Shown here: positions 18,245 through 25,553 of the stretch, piece by piece
Numbering within the stretch: position 1 is the stretch's first letter
Layout: every line of letters begins with the position of its first letter
NCBI RefSeq assembly: GCF_000354175.2
Contig: NC_022359.1
Coordinates: 270,001 to 302,000 of the forward strand
DNA length: 32,000 bases
Origin: Vibrio alginolyticus NBRC 15630 = ATCC 17749
GTDB taxonomy: Bacteria > Pseudomonadota > Gammaproteobacteria > Enterobacterales > Vibrionaceae
Reading direction: 5' to 3'
Notes under the pieces: generated by a model
The model's database searches: none
What the model was told of the DNA's origin: nothing
Seen by the model: the letters and a program-made list of their open reading frames with translations, nothing else
Position numbers and translations under genes: made by a program

Positions 18245-18301
18245 ATGACTGACAGTAAGAGAAGTGCAATTTGCAAAGCACGTAAGTAACGTTGTTCATA
18301 T

Positions 18302-18410
18302 AAAAAAATAGCCAACCGCAATAATCGCAATTGGCTTATATTTAGTGTGAACAAATTGTATTCACTAACAACGTCAGTTGGCTAGGTGACCCTCGGCTTA
18401 AGAAGGGTCG
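18302..18410 (-). ncRNA. qrr: Qrr quorum-regulatory sRNA (Hfq-dependent; Qrr2-5-like with full stem-loop 1)
   Basis: Minus-strand sequence is CGACCCTTCTTAAGCCGAGGGTCACCTAGCCAACTGACGTTGTTAGTGAATACAATTTGTTCACACTAAATATAAGCCAATTGCGATTATTGCGGTTGGCTATTTTTTT. It contains the invariant Vibrio Qrr core GGGUCACCUAGCCAACUGACGUUGUUAGUGAA as I recall it. A 5' stem-loop (GACCCU...AGGGUC) is present. The terminator is a 10-bp stem with G-U pairs that form only on this strand, followed by U7. The predicted length of ~108 nt fits Qrr sRNAs. The 5' end is inferred from promoter geometry (+/- 2 nt). Confidence 0.9.
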
Positions 18411-18420
18411 AGCAGTATTA

Positions 18421-18437
18421 TGCATTAATCATGCCAA
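18421..18437 (-). promoter_or_regulatory. Sigma-54 (-24/-12) promoter of qrr
   Basis: Minus strand reads TTGGCATGATTAATGCA, compared with the consensus TGGCACG-N4-TTGCW. GG and GC are correctly spaced (12 nt apart). This places +1 at about 18410, at the start of the Qrr stem-loop 1. Confidence 0.85.
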
Positions 18438-18507
18438 AATGCAAAGACTTATTTTTGGGCACAAGATCTCATATAAGCTGGATTTATTCACGCGCAAATT
18501 ATCAAAA

Positions 18508-18547
18508 TGCAATTTGACAATGCAAATTGCAATTGCACAATGCAACC
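18508..18547. promoter_or_regulatory. LuxO-type enhancer (UAS) array for qrr
   Basis: TGCAATT-TGACAA-TGCAAAT-TGCAAT-TGCACAA-TGCAACC. It contains TTGCA-CAA-TGCAA at 18533-18545, a full match to both half-sites of the published LuxO consensus TTGCA-W3-TGCAA. There are weaker overlapping sites at 18527-18539 and 18513-18525. The array is centred about -100 to -135 from the predicted qrr start. Confidence 0.7.
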
Positions 18548-18753
18548 AAGATTGATAATTGATAGTAGAGTTAATCATCTCAAAAATGTAAACCAAGCAT
18601 TAAAAGCTCGTTACGGCGGCATTGTCTCTTGGCGGGTAATAAAGATAGGCAATAGATTGGATATAAAACCAAGTAGTTACAGCACTATTTCATACTTTTT
18701 TCATCGCAATGTTTGTATACTCTCTGCCATCGAAACGACTTAGCATTAGAGCA

Positions 18754-19671
18754 ATGAACTACTTAATTACTTTCTTCAAGGGAATCGCCATGGGTGCAGC
18801 AGATGTTGTACCTGGTGTATCTGGCGGCACCATCGCGTTTATCACTGGTATTTACGATACGCTGCTTGAAAGCATTCGACGCATTAACCCCTCACTTTTC
18901 TCTATCTGGCGAAAAGAAGGGTTTAAAGCCGCGTTTAATCACATCAACGGATTCTTCCTAATCGCTCTGTTTGCCGGCATTTTCACCAGTATTGCAACGC
19001 TAGCAAAGTTGATTACTTGGCTTCTTGACACACACCCGATCCCACTTTGGTCATTTTTCTTTGGTCTAATTTTGGTCTCTGTGTATCACATTATTCGTCA
19101 GGTTGAGCAACGCGATCTTGTCCGCTTTGTCATTCTGCTCGTTGGTGTCGGGTTTGCTTATAGTATTACTGTGCTCAAACCTTTACACATGGAACCAACG
19201 GCCATTAACACCTTATTCGCTGGAGCTATCGCGATTTGTGCGATGATCTTGCCGGGTATCTCTGGCAGTTTTATTTTGCTGCTGATTGGCATGTATGCTC
19301 CTGTATTAGCCGCAGTGAAAGGTTTTCAAGTCGATACATTAGCGCTATTTTTGTCTGGCTGCGTGATCGGTTTACTGTCCTTCTCTCACTTATTGTCGTG
19401 GTTACTACGCAAGTTCCGTGATTTCACCCTGATGTTTTTGACTGGATTAATGATTGGTACGTTGCCAAAGATTTGGCCATGGAAAGAAACCATCACTTGG
19501 CGCACCAATTCGAAGGGCGAACAAGTGCCATTGCTACAGCACAACCTATCACCATTTGAATTTGAACACGTGACATCACAACCTTCTCAGTTAGTACTTG
19601 CTGTCGTAATGATGCTTGCAGCCATTGCTCTGGTTTTGGGTCTAGAGAAATTCGCAGATTCAGATAAATAA
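18754..19671 (+). CDS. DUF368 family membrane protein (PopT-type polyprenyl-phosphate transporter family)
   Basis: Track ORF is 18709..19671. I prefer the ATG at 18754, giving MNYLITFFKGIAMGAADVVPGVSGGTIAFITGIYD. A second GISGS repeat (ILPGISGSFILLLIGMY) fits the internally duplicated DUF368 architecture. The protein is polytopic. Confidence 0.85.
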   Translation: MNYLITFFKGIAMGAADVVPGVSGGTIAFITGIYDTLLESIRRINPSLFSIWRKEGFKAAFNHINGFFLIALFAGIFTSIATLAKLITWLLDTHPIPLWSFFFGLILVSVYHIIRQVEQRDLVRFVILLVGVGFAYSITVLKPLHMEPTAINTLFAGAIAICAMILPGISGSFILLLIGMYAPVLAAVKGFQVDTLALFLSGCVIGLLSFSHLLSWLLRKFRDFTLMFLTGLMIGTLPKIWPWKETITWRTNSKGEQVPLLQHNLSPFEFEHVTSQPSQLVLAVVMMLAAIALVLGLEKFADSDK

Positions 19672-19701
19672 CTTTGGTATCAAACACATACTGAACCAAA
19701 T

Positions 19702-19729
19702 AAAAACGGAGCCAATTGGCTCCGTTTTT
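19702..19729. terminator. Terminator after the DUF368 gene (perfect palindrome, bidirectional form)
   Basis: AAAAA-CGGAGCC-aatt-GGCTCCG-TTTTT. Confidence 0.85.
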
Positions 19730-19758
19730 ATCTATTGGCTAAGGGCAAAACATCTCAA

Positions 19759-19786
19759 TTGAAAACTCTGCTGTATTTGATGCAAT
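19759..19786 (+). promoter_or_regulatory. Candidate sigma-70 promoter of the YtkA-like/SCO/EIIB operon
   Basis: TTGAAA (-35), a 16-nt spacer ending in TGa (extended -10), then TGCAAT (-10). This would give a ~120-nt leader. Sequence match only. Confidence 0.35.
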
Positions 19787-19914
19787 AAAGTCCGTCGCGT
19801 TACTAGGAAGCTGGTCACCGAGGTATAACGCACAATTTACCGAGGTCACGAGTTGGCGAGCGGCGCATCTGTGCTACGATGCTCGTAATGTTAAGTGATA
19901 AATGCTGAACCTTC

Positions 19915-20340
19915 ATGAAAGTGTTACAAATCGCCGCTGTTTCAGCCGCATTAGTTGCGGGATTTTATGCCCCGACTCTAATAAAAAGCTTTTCTTCTTC
20001 CACTCAAAGCAAGTCAATAGATGAATACTGCTTTCTCTCTACAACCTCTTGCGTCCAAGAAAATGTTACGATGACACTAAACTCAGAAACTGCTCAACCC
20101 TTGGTTCCTACCACTCTAAATGTTGAGTGGCATACAAGCGATGCTAAGCAACTCATCCTAAGTCTTTCAGGAAGAGAAATGGAGATGGGTGAGCCTAAGT
20201 TTTTGCTGAAGCAAATCGCTCCTGGCCAATATCAAGGTGACATCATTCTCCCGGTTTGCACGGAGGATGCGATGACTTGGGTTGGTGAACTCAGTGATGG
20301 AGAGAATACCGTTTACCCTGCTATAAAAATGCAAAGATAA
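19915..20340 (+). CDS. Hypothetical secreted protein, possibly FixH/YtkA-like Ig-fold domain
   Basis: 141 aa. The N-terminal hydrophobic segment MKVLQIAAVSAALVAGFYA looks like a signal sequence. The central pattern ...LSGREMEMGEPKFLLKQIAPGQYQGDIILP...MTWVGEL resembles the MxMG...GxYxG...W pattern of YtkA/FixH-like domains (recalled, weak). There is no obvious SD. It ends 10 nt upstream of the SCO gene. Confidence 0.55.
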   Translation: MKVLQIAAVSAALVAGFYAPTLIKSFSSSTQSKSIDEYCFLSTTSCVQENVTMTLNSETAQPLVPTTLNVEWHTSDAKQLILSLSGREMEMGEPKFLLKQIAPGQYQGDIILPVCTEDAMTWVGELSDGENTVYPAIKMQR

Positions 20341-20349
20341 GGAATCGTT

Positions 20350-20964
20350 ATGAGCCGCAATTGGTCCCTATTTCTCGTAGCTGCTTTCGCACTCGGGTTT
20401 GGCGTAAAGAGCTATTTAGATAATCAGAACACGAAGCCAGAGCTAGTGGACAGTTCCACCTCTCAACAAACGGTATTGTTTGGGGAAAATAACCAAGCCG
20501 TCAATATCTTCGATGTGAATGACCCTCGCATCCGAGTTGTCTATTTTGGCTTTACTCGCTGCCCAGACGTTTGCCCAACTTCTCTTGCAATGCTGGCAGG
20601 GGCACTGAATCAAATTGACGACGCGCAAAAAGCACAACTACGCCCGATGTTCATTTCTTTAGACCCAGAGCGTGATGAGGCCGATGCATCAGCAAAATAT
20701 GCCCATTACTTCCATCCAATGATTGAAGGCCTATCGGCACCACTTGATGTAACGACACCTTTGGCACACAACTATGGTGTCATTTTCCGTAAGACAGAAT
20801 TGGAAGGCTCGGAACTAAAGTACACGCTGGATCATAGCTCTTACTTTTACTTCTTGAAGCCGGATGGCACGTTAATCACTAAAGTACCGCATACACTCTC
20901 ACCGGCACCGATTGTTGAAGCCATTTCAAAACTAACGACCGAAGGCTCTTCAAATGACGGTTAA
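20350..20964 (+). CDS. SCO1/SenC-family copper chaperone / thiol-disulfide oxidoreductase
   Basis: 204 aa. N-terminal TM anchor. Motif FGFTRCPDVCP (CxxxC) plus a downstream conserved His (LDHSSYFYFLKPDG). SD AAGGA lies 6 nt upstream. Confidence 0.9.
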   Translation: MSRNWSLFLVAAFALGFGVKSYLDNQNTKPELVDSSTSQQTVLFGENNQAVNIFDVNDPRIRVVYFGFTRCPDVCPTSLAMLAGALNQIDDAQKAQLRPMFISLDPERDEADASAKYAHYFHPMIEGLSAPLDVTTPLAHNYGVIFRKTELEGSELKYTLDHSSYFYFLKPDGTLITKVPHTLSPAPIVEAISKLTTEGSSNDG

Positions 20965-21262
20965 GTCAGTGCTGAAGCAATTTTTCAATTTCCTAACTCA
21001 TACCAACCCCAATGTCGAACAAGACGTCGATACGATCATTGACGCCATTGGGGGCATAGAGAACCTGCTAGAAACTGGTGCATGTGCGACTCGGCTGCGC
21101 CTTACCCTCAGAGCGACGTCCGTCATCGATAAGAACGCACTCAAAAATCATGGCGCGCATGGCGTCGTGATATTGGATGATCGTCATGTCCAAATCATAT
21201 ACGGCTTAAAAGCCAACACGTATTCGCAGATTATGGAAGAGCGCATCACAAAACAAAGTTAA
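20954..21262 (+). CDS. Stand-alone PTS EIIB (glucose-family) domain protein
   Basis: 102 aa. IIDAIGGIENLLETGACATRLRLTLRATSVIDKNALKNHGAHGVVILDDRHVQIIYG matches the EIIB-Glc fold signature C-x-T-R-L-R-[LF]-x-L, including the phospho-cysteine position. It overlaps the SCO gene by 11 nt. Confidence 0.8.
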   Translation: MTVKSVLKQFFNFLTHTNPNVEQDVDTIIDAIGGIENLLETGACATRLRLTLRATSVIDKNALKNHGAHGVVILDDRHVQIIYGLKANTYSQIMEERITKQS

Positions 21263-21271
21263 TATTTTTGC

Positions 21272-21315
21272 AGTATAGCTACCCTCTTTAAAAAACGGCG
21301 GCTATACTCTTTTGG
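21272..21315 (+). terminator. Terminator-like hairpin after the EIIB gene
   Basis: AGTATAGC...GCTATACT (8-bp stem, long 21-nt loop) followed by CTTTTGG. Confidence 0.45.
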
Positions 21316-21537
21316 CTTAATTAACTCACTTATTTATTAACCAACGAAGAGGACACAAGATGATTGTATTGAATAACACTAACTGGGCATCGCAAGGGTA
21401 ACCCTAACAGCACCAACTCTGTGGCATAGCCACAACTCCCCTTCTCTGCCCGGTCTTCACCGGGGTCAACTCTATCCGAATTAGACCCTAATGCGATTTG
21501 TATTAAGGCGCTTTGTTGCGTCTGGGATAATTCAATA

Positions 21538-22614
21538 ATGAATCAAACACATACTTTTTGTGACACATTAGTTTCAACTTCAAACCCTCTAAAACAATTG
21601 GGTTGGAAACCATTTTTTCAGCAACAACTGACATTAGACGATTACGACAACACTATCTTTGCTCGTGTAATTGCGCATCACCGAAGTGGTTATTTATTGG
21701 CAACAGAAACTGGGCAAGTTCATCTTAATGCCCACCATTCTTTACCCAACATGACCGTCGGAGACTGGGTAATCTTAAATGAAGATCAGCAATTTGTTCG
21801 CTTACTGGATCGCTTGAGCCTCTTTAGCCGCAAAGCCGCTGGCAGCAAAGTGGCAGAGCAACTCATCGCAGCCAATGTGGATACAGTGTTTATCGTCTGT
21901 TCCCTTAACGACGACTTCAATTTAAGTCGTATTGAACGTTATCTTGCCTTGGCTCATGAAGCCGAAGTCGAACCCGTCATCGTGCTTTCCAAAGCCGATT
22001 TGTGTGACAATACTGATGAACTAAAAAGCCAAGTACAGAAGCTCGACCCTCTATTAGCTATAGAAGCAGTCAACGGCTTAGAAATAGAGAGTGCTTCTAA
22101 ACTCATGACCTGGTGCAAAGAAGGACTAACCCTCGCTTTTATCGGTTCTTCAGGCGTTGGCAAATCAACTCTTGTTAATGCATTACTCGGGCAACAAGAA
22201 CAGGCAACTGGGCATATTCGTGAAGACGATAGCAAAGGGCGACATACAACTACATCGCGCTCTATCCATCTATTACCTGATGGCGGCATCTTGATTGATA
22301 CTCCGGGAATGCGCGAGCTTCAACTAGCAGATTGTGAATCGGGGGTCAGTGAGGCATTTTCTGACATTGAGGCTCTCGCTCAGCGTTGTCGCTTTGGTGA
22401 TTGCCAGCATCAAACTGAGCCGGGTTGCGCAATTCAAACTGCGATTGAAAATGGCAAACTGGAAGTTCGTCGTTTCAATAACTATCAAAAACTATTGCGA
22501 GAACAAGCCTTTAACGGTGCGACTTTGGCAGAGCAACGAGCTCAAAGTCGACAGTTCGGGAAACTCACTCGAAATGCCATGAGTGATAAGCGCAGGCGCC
22601 AACAAAGTTATTAA
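21538..22614 (+). CDS. rsgA: RsgA/YjeQ-type ribosome small-subunit-dependent GTPase (paralog-like)
   Basis: 358 aa. The GTPase motifs are circularly permuted: LSKADL (G4), [16 protein letters not shown] (G1) and DTPGMRE (G3). C-terminal zinc knuckle is [16 protein letters not shown]. Confidence 0.9.
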   Translation: MNQTHTFCDTLVSTSNPLKQLGWKPFFQQQLTLDDYDNTIFARVIAHHRSGYLLATETGQVHLNAHHSLPNMTVGDWVILNEDQQFVRLLDRLSLFSRKAAGSKVAEQLIAANVDTVFIVCSLNDDFNLSRIERYLALAHEAEVEPVIVLSKADLCDNTDELKSQVQKLDPLLAIEAVNGLEIESASKLMTWCKEGLTLAFIGSSGVGKSTLVNALLGQQEQATGHIREDDSKGRHTTTSRSIHLLPDGGILIDTPGMRELQLADCESGVSEAFSDIEALAQRCRFGDCQHQTEPGCAIQTAIENGKLEVRRFNNYQKLLREQAFNGATLAEQRAQSRQFGKLTRNAMSDKRRRQQSY

Positions 22615-22644
22615 TTTGTTGCGTTTGAGTTGTCAATAAAATCA

Positions 22645-22667
22645 AAGGAGACGAAAGTCTCCTTTTT
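22645..22667 (+). terminator. Rho-independent terminator of the rsgA-like gene
   Basis: AAGGAGAC-gaaa-GTCTCCTT followed by TTT. Confidence 0.85.
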
Positions 22668-22970
22668 AACAACTTTATTAAAAACCATTACTCATAACTA
22701 ATGATAATTTTCAACATAAAAATCTTATTTAAATAACATTGAGCAAACATTTAATCCAAAAACAAACTAAAACTAGACACAAAATATTACCAAGCTAAGA
22801 TATGTGATATTCAGCAAGAAAATGGCTGAATTTATAAAAACAGGATAATTGATAATCATGTGTCTTAGTGACCAGAAGCAATGCTCACCCCTTGTAATAT
22901 AAGGGCATTATCGCCGTGTAATGATGGACTATTGCCCTGCCACTCTGGCATAAAATTGCAGGAATGATGT

Positions 22971-24188
22971 ATGCAACACAACAGCCTCGTTGCCCGATAT
23001 GCTCGTGGTAACCTCGTCGTCCAGATCCTTGTCGGTATCGTCTTTGGTATTTTGCTCGCGACAATTTCTCCAAGCCATGCCGAAAGCGCGGGATTAATTG
23101 GTAGCCTTTTTGTCGGTGCGCTTAAAGCGATCGCGCCAATTCTTGTGTTTATTTTGGTTGCCGCTTCAATTGCAAACCAAAAGAAAAACCAACACACTTA
23201 CATGCGCCCAATCGTTGTACTGTACCTGATGGGTACATTCTTCGCGGCGCTATCAGCAGTGGTTCTAAGCTTCCTTTTCCCGACCAATTTAACGCTTGTC
23301 ACCGGCGCTGAAGGTGCAACGCCTCCTCAAGGTATTGCTGAAATTCTACGCACATTGTTGTTTAAACTGGTCGACAACCCAGTAAATGCACTAGTAGAAG
23401 CAAACTACATCGGCATTCTTGCTTGGGGTGTGGGTCTGGGTCTTGCACTACACCACGCATCGGCAACAACGAAGGCCGTATTTGAAGATCTAAGCCACAG
23501 CGTGTCTCACATTGTGCGCTTTATCATTCGTCTTGCACCATTTGGTATCTTTGGCTTGGTTGCTTCAACGTTTGCGACAACGGGCTTTAGCGCGCTAGCA
23601 AGCTACGCACACCTTCTGGCGGTTCTTCTTGGCGCAATGATGATCATCGCACTCATTGTAAACCCGGCGATCGTGTTCGTTAAAACCAAACAAAACCCTT
23701 ACCCACTTGTATTCCGTTGTCTGCGTGAAAGTGGTGTAACAGCGTTCTTCACTCGTTCAAGTGCGGCGAATATTCCAGTAAACATGGCACTATGTGAGAA
23801 GCTAAAACTGGACGAGGATACGTACTCAGTATCTATTCCTCTAGGTGCGACCATCAACATGGCTGGTGCTGCAATCACTATCACAACGCTAACGCTTGCA
23901 GCTGTGCACACTATGGGTATCGAAGTTGATCTACTGACTGCGCTACTTCTAAGTATTGTAGCTGCGGTTTCTGCATGCGGCGCATCAGGTGTTGCAGGTG
24001 GCTCTCTACTACTTATCCCACTTGCGTGTGGCCTGTTTGGTATCTCAAACGACGTAGCAATGCAGGTTGTAGCGGTTGGCTTCATTATCGGTGTGATTCA
24101 AGACTCTGCAGAAACTGCGCTAAACAGCTCAACAGACGTTGTCTTTACGGCAGCAGTTTGTAAATCAGAGCAGCAAAAAGCTCAGTAA
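22971..24188 (+). CDS. sstT: Serine/threonine:sodium symporter SstT (DAACS family)
   Basis: 405 aa. The N-terminus ...[25 protein letters not shown]...[27 protein letters not shown] is collinear with E. coli SstT as recalled. SD AGGAA lies 6 nt upstream. Confidence 0.92.
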   Translation: MQHNSLVARYARGNLVVQILVGIVFGILLATISPSHAESAGLIGSLFVGALKAIAPILVFILVAASIANQKKNQHTYMRPIVVLYLMGTFFAALSAVVLSFLFPTNLTLVTGAEGATPPQGIAEILRTLLFKLVDNPVNALVEANYIGILAWGVGLGLALHHASATTKAVFEDLSHSVSHIVRFIIRLAPFGIFGLVASTFATTGFSALASYAHLLAVLLGAMMIIALIVNPAIVFVKTKQNPYPLVFRCLRESGVTAFFTRSSAANIPVNMALCEKLKLDEDTYSVSIPLGATINMAGAAITITTLTLAAVHTMGIEVDLLTALLLSIVAAVSACGASGVAGGSLLLIPLACGLFGISNDVAMQVVAVGFIIGVIQDSAETALNSSTDVVFTAAVCKSEQQKAQ

Positions 24189-24206
24189 GACTGACAGAAC
24201 AAATAG

Positions 24207-24237
24207 AAAGGGGAGCCGATGATGGCTCCCCTTTTTT
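24207..24237. terminator. Bidirectional terminator between sstT and pdxY
   Basis: AAA-GGGGAGCC-gatgat-GGCTCCCC-TTTTTT, between convergent genes. Confidence 0.9.
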
Positions 24238-24253
24238 GTTTAATTGCGCTCAA

Positions 24254-25123
24254 TTATGCGGTGACCAGAGCCACTTCTTCAATCGGGAAGTTTTTGCTTG
24301 GCTCAACAAACTCTTGCTGCGCCGCAATAGTTTGCAGCTCCCATTCGCCTGCATGGTACGTTGCACTTAACACCCCGTAGCATGCGTCATGACAATGTTG
24401 GAAAGCTTGCTTAGGAGACCAGCCTTTTAAGAGTCCCGCGGTAAAGATAGCTGAAATAAGATCGCCCACGCCAACAGGTTGTTTAGCAAACTCAAATTGA
24501 GGACGCTTCGCAAGGTAAATACCTTCTTGCGTAGCCAATAGCATGTTGAAGCTGCCATTTTCTAGGCAGTAAAGGTGCTTAACTAGCACCACCTTTGGAC
24601 CTTTCTCTAGCGCACGTTGGCATGCGGTGATCGCATCGTCTAGTGAGTGGATTTCCATCTCAGCAAATTGACTTAGCTCGAATTGGTTCGGAACGATCAC
24701 GTCCGCCATTGGCATCAAACGCGTTAGAAGATTTTCAGCAATGCCCGGAGCCACAATGCAGCCTTTGTCTGGCGCGCCCATCACAGGGTCGCAAACGTAA
24801 AGTGCGTTCGGGTTTGCTTGTTTCACTTTCGTCACGGTATCTTCAACAGCAAGGCACTGCTCTGCGCTACCTTGGTAGCCCGTCAATACCGCTTGGCACT
24901 TTTCCAGCGCGCCGATGTTACCAAGTCCACGAACTAACTCGCTGATGTCTTCAGCCGCAAACGCTCGCCCAGTCCAGCCTTCTTGATACTGCGTGTGGTT
25001 AGAAAATTGAACGGTATGAATCGGCCATACTTCGAAACCCATGCGTTGCATTGGGAAAACGGCACTGCTGTTACCAGCATGACCAAAAGAAACATGAGAT
25101 TGTATAGAGAGGATACCTTGCAT
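24254..25123 (-). CDS. pdxY: Pyridoxal kinase PdxY
   Basis: 289 aa. [46 protein letters not shown] is collinear with E. coli PdxY ([22 protein letters not shown]...[11 protein letters not shown]). SD is GAGGTAAGG. Confidence 0.93.
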   Translation of the reverse strand: MQGILSIQSHVSFGHAGNSSAVFPMQRMGFEVWPIHTVQFSNHTQYQEGWTGRAFAAEDISELVRGLGNIGALEKCQAVLTGYQGSAEQCLAVEDTVTKVKQANPNALYVCDPVMGAPDKGCIVAPGIAENLLTRLMPMADVIVPNQFELSQFAEMEIHSLDDAITACQRALEKGPKVVLVKHLYCLENGSFNMLLATQEGIYLAKRPQFEFAKQPVGVGDLISAIFTAGLLKGWSPKQAFQHCHDACYGVLSATYHAGEWELQTIAAQQEFVEPSKNFPIEEVALVTA

Positions 25124-25224
25124 AGTACCTTACCTCTTATTGTTGTTATCGATAGTTCAAAGACAGCGGCAAGCGCCAGTTTTGCGAAACCAGTAGTGTA
25201 TCCGACAAACCAAGATTCTCTAAC

Positions 25225-25413
25225 TCAATTCTCCTCAATATCTTCAGAGTAAGTTGGAGTGCTGGTTTTCAACACCATCTTCTTAATTTCCATTTTGTCT
25301 TTATTCAGTGCGATTTCTAGGGTATCTCCTTCCCTTATCCCGAGCTGAGCCAGGATTGCGCTTGGAATGACTACGGCGGTATCGTCACCGATTTTAACAG
25401 GTTGACTTATCAT
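25225..25413 (-). CDS. Small SpoVT/AbrB (MazE-like) swapped-hairpin domain protein
   Basis: 62 aa. PVKIGDDTAVVIPSAILAQLGIREGDTLEIALNKDKMEIKK is the classic AbrB/MazE looped-hinge pattern (xGNSxxVxIPxxxxxxLGLxxGDxLE). A strong GGAGGA SD lies 6 nt upstream. The C-terminus is acidic. Confidence 0.75.
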   Translation of the reverse strand: MISQPVKIGDDTAVVIPSAILAQLGIREGDTLEIALNKDKMEIKKMVLKTSTPTYSEDIEEN

Positions 25414-25510
25414 CTTTCGTCCTCCAAATGTCGAAAATGAGTTTTCACGTCATTGGATGTCTAGCCTCAAATACTTTGAGCTGACTTGGATTTGGCGTAA
25501 CATTTTAAAG

Positions 25511-25539
25511 ACAAAAGAAAAGCCTCACTCTTGAGGCTT
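25511..25539 (-). terminator. Rho-independent terminator of the Sel1-repeat gene
   Basis: Minus strand reads AAGCCTCA-agag-TGAGGCTT followed by TTCTTTTGT. Confidence 0.8.
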
Positions 25540-25553
25540 CTGGATAAGATAGG

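Noticed and set aside
18508-18547. TGCAA repeats as a CytR operator (AATGCAAC = reverse of GTTGCATT)
   Set aside because: That was my initial reading. The adjacent sigma-54 promoter and Qrr sequence make LuxO (TTGCA-N3-TGCAA) the more economical explanation. CytR binding is not excluded, but flanking CRP sites do not support it.
18507-18743. 78-aa ORF (MQFDNANCNCTMQ...) in the malT-DUF368 gap
   Set aside because: It reads straight through the TGCAA repeat array (hence the N-A-N-C-N-C peptide) and has no SD. The region is better explained as the LuxO enhancer for qrr plus the DUF368 promoter.
25124-25413. Type II toxin-antitoxin module around the AbrB/MazE-like gene
   Set aside because: No toxin-sized ORF lies on either side: 101 bp to pdxY downstream, and upstream a terminator followed by the Sel1 gene. 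Only an orphan antitoxin-fold gene can be supported.
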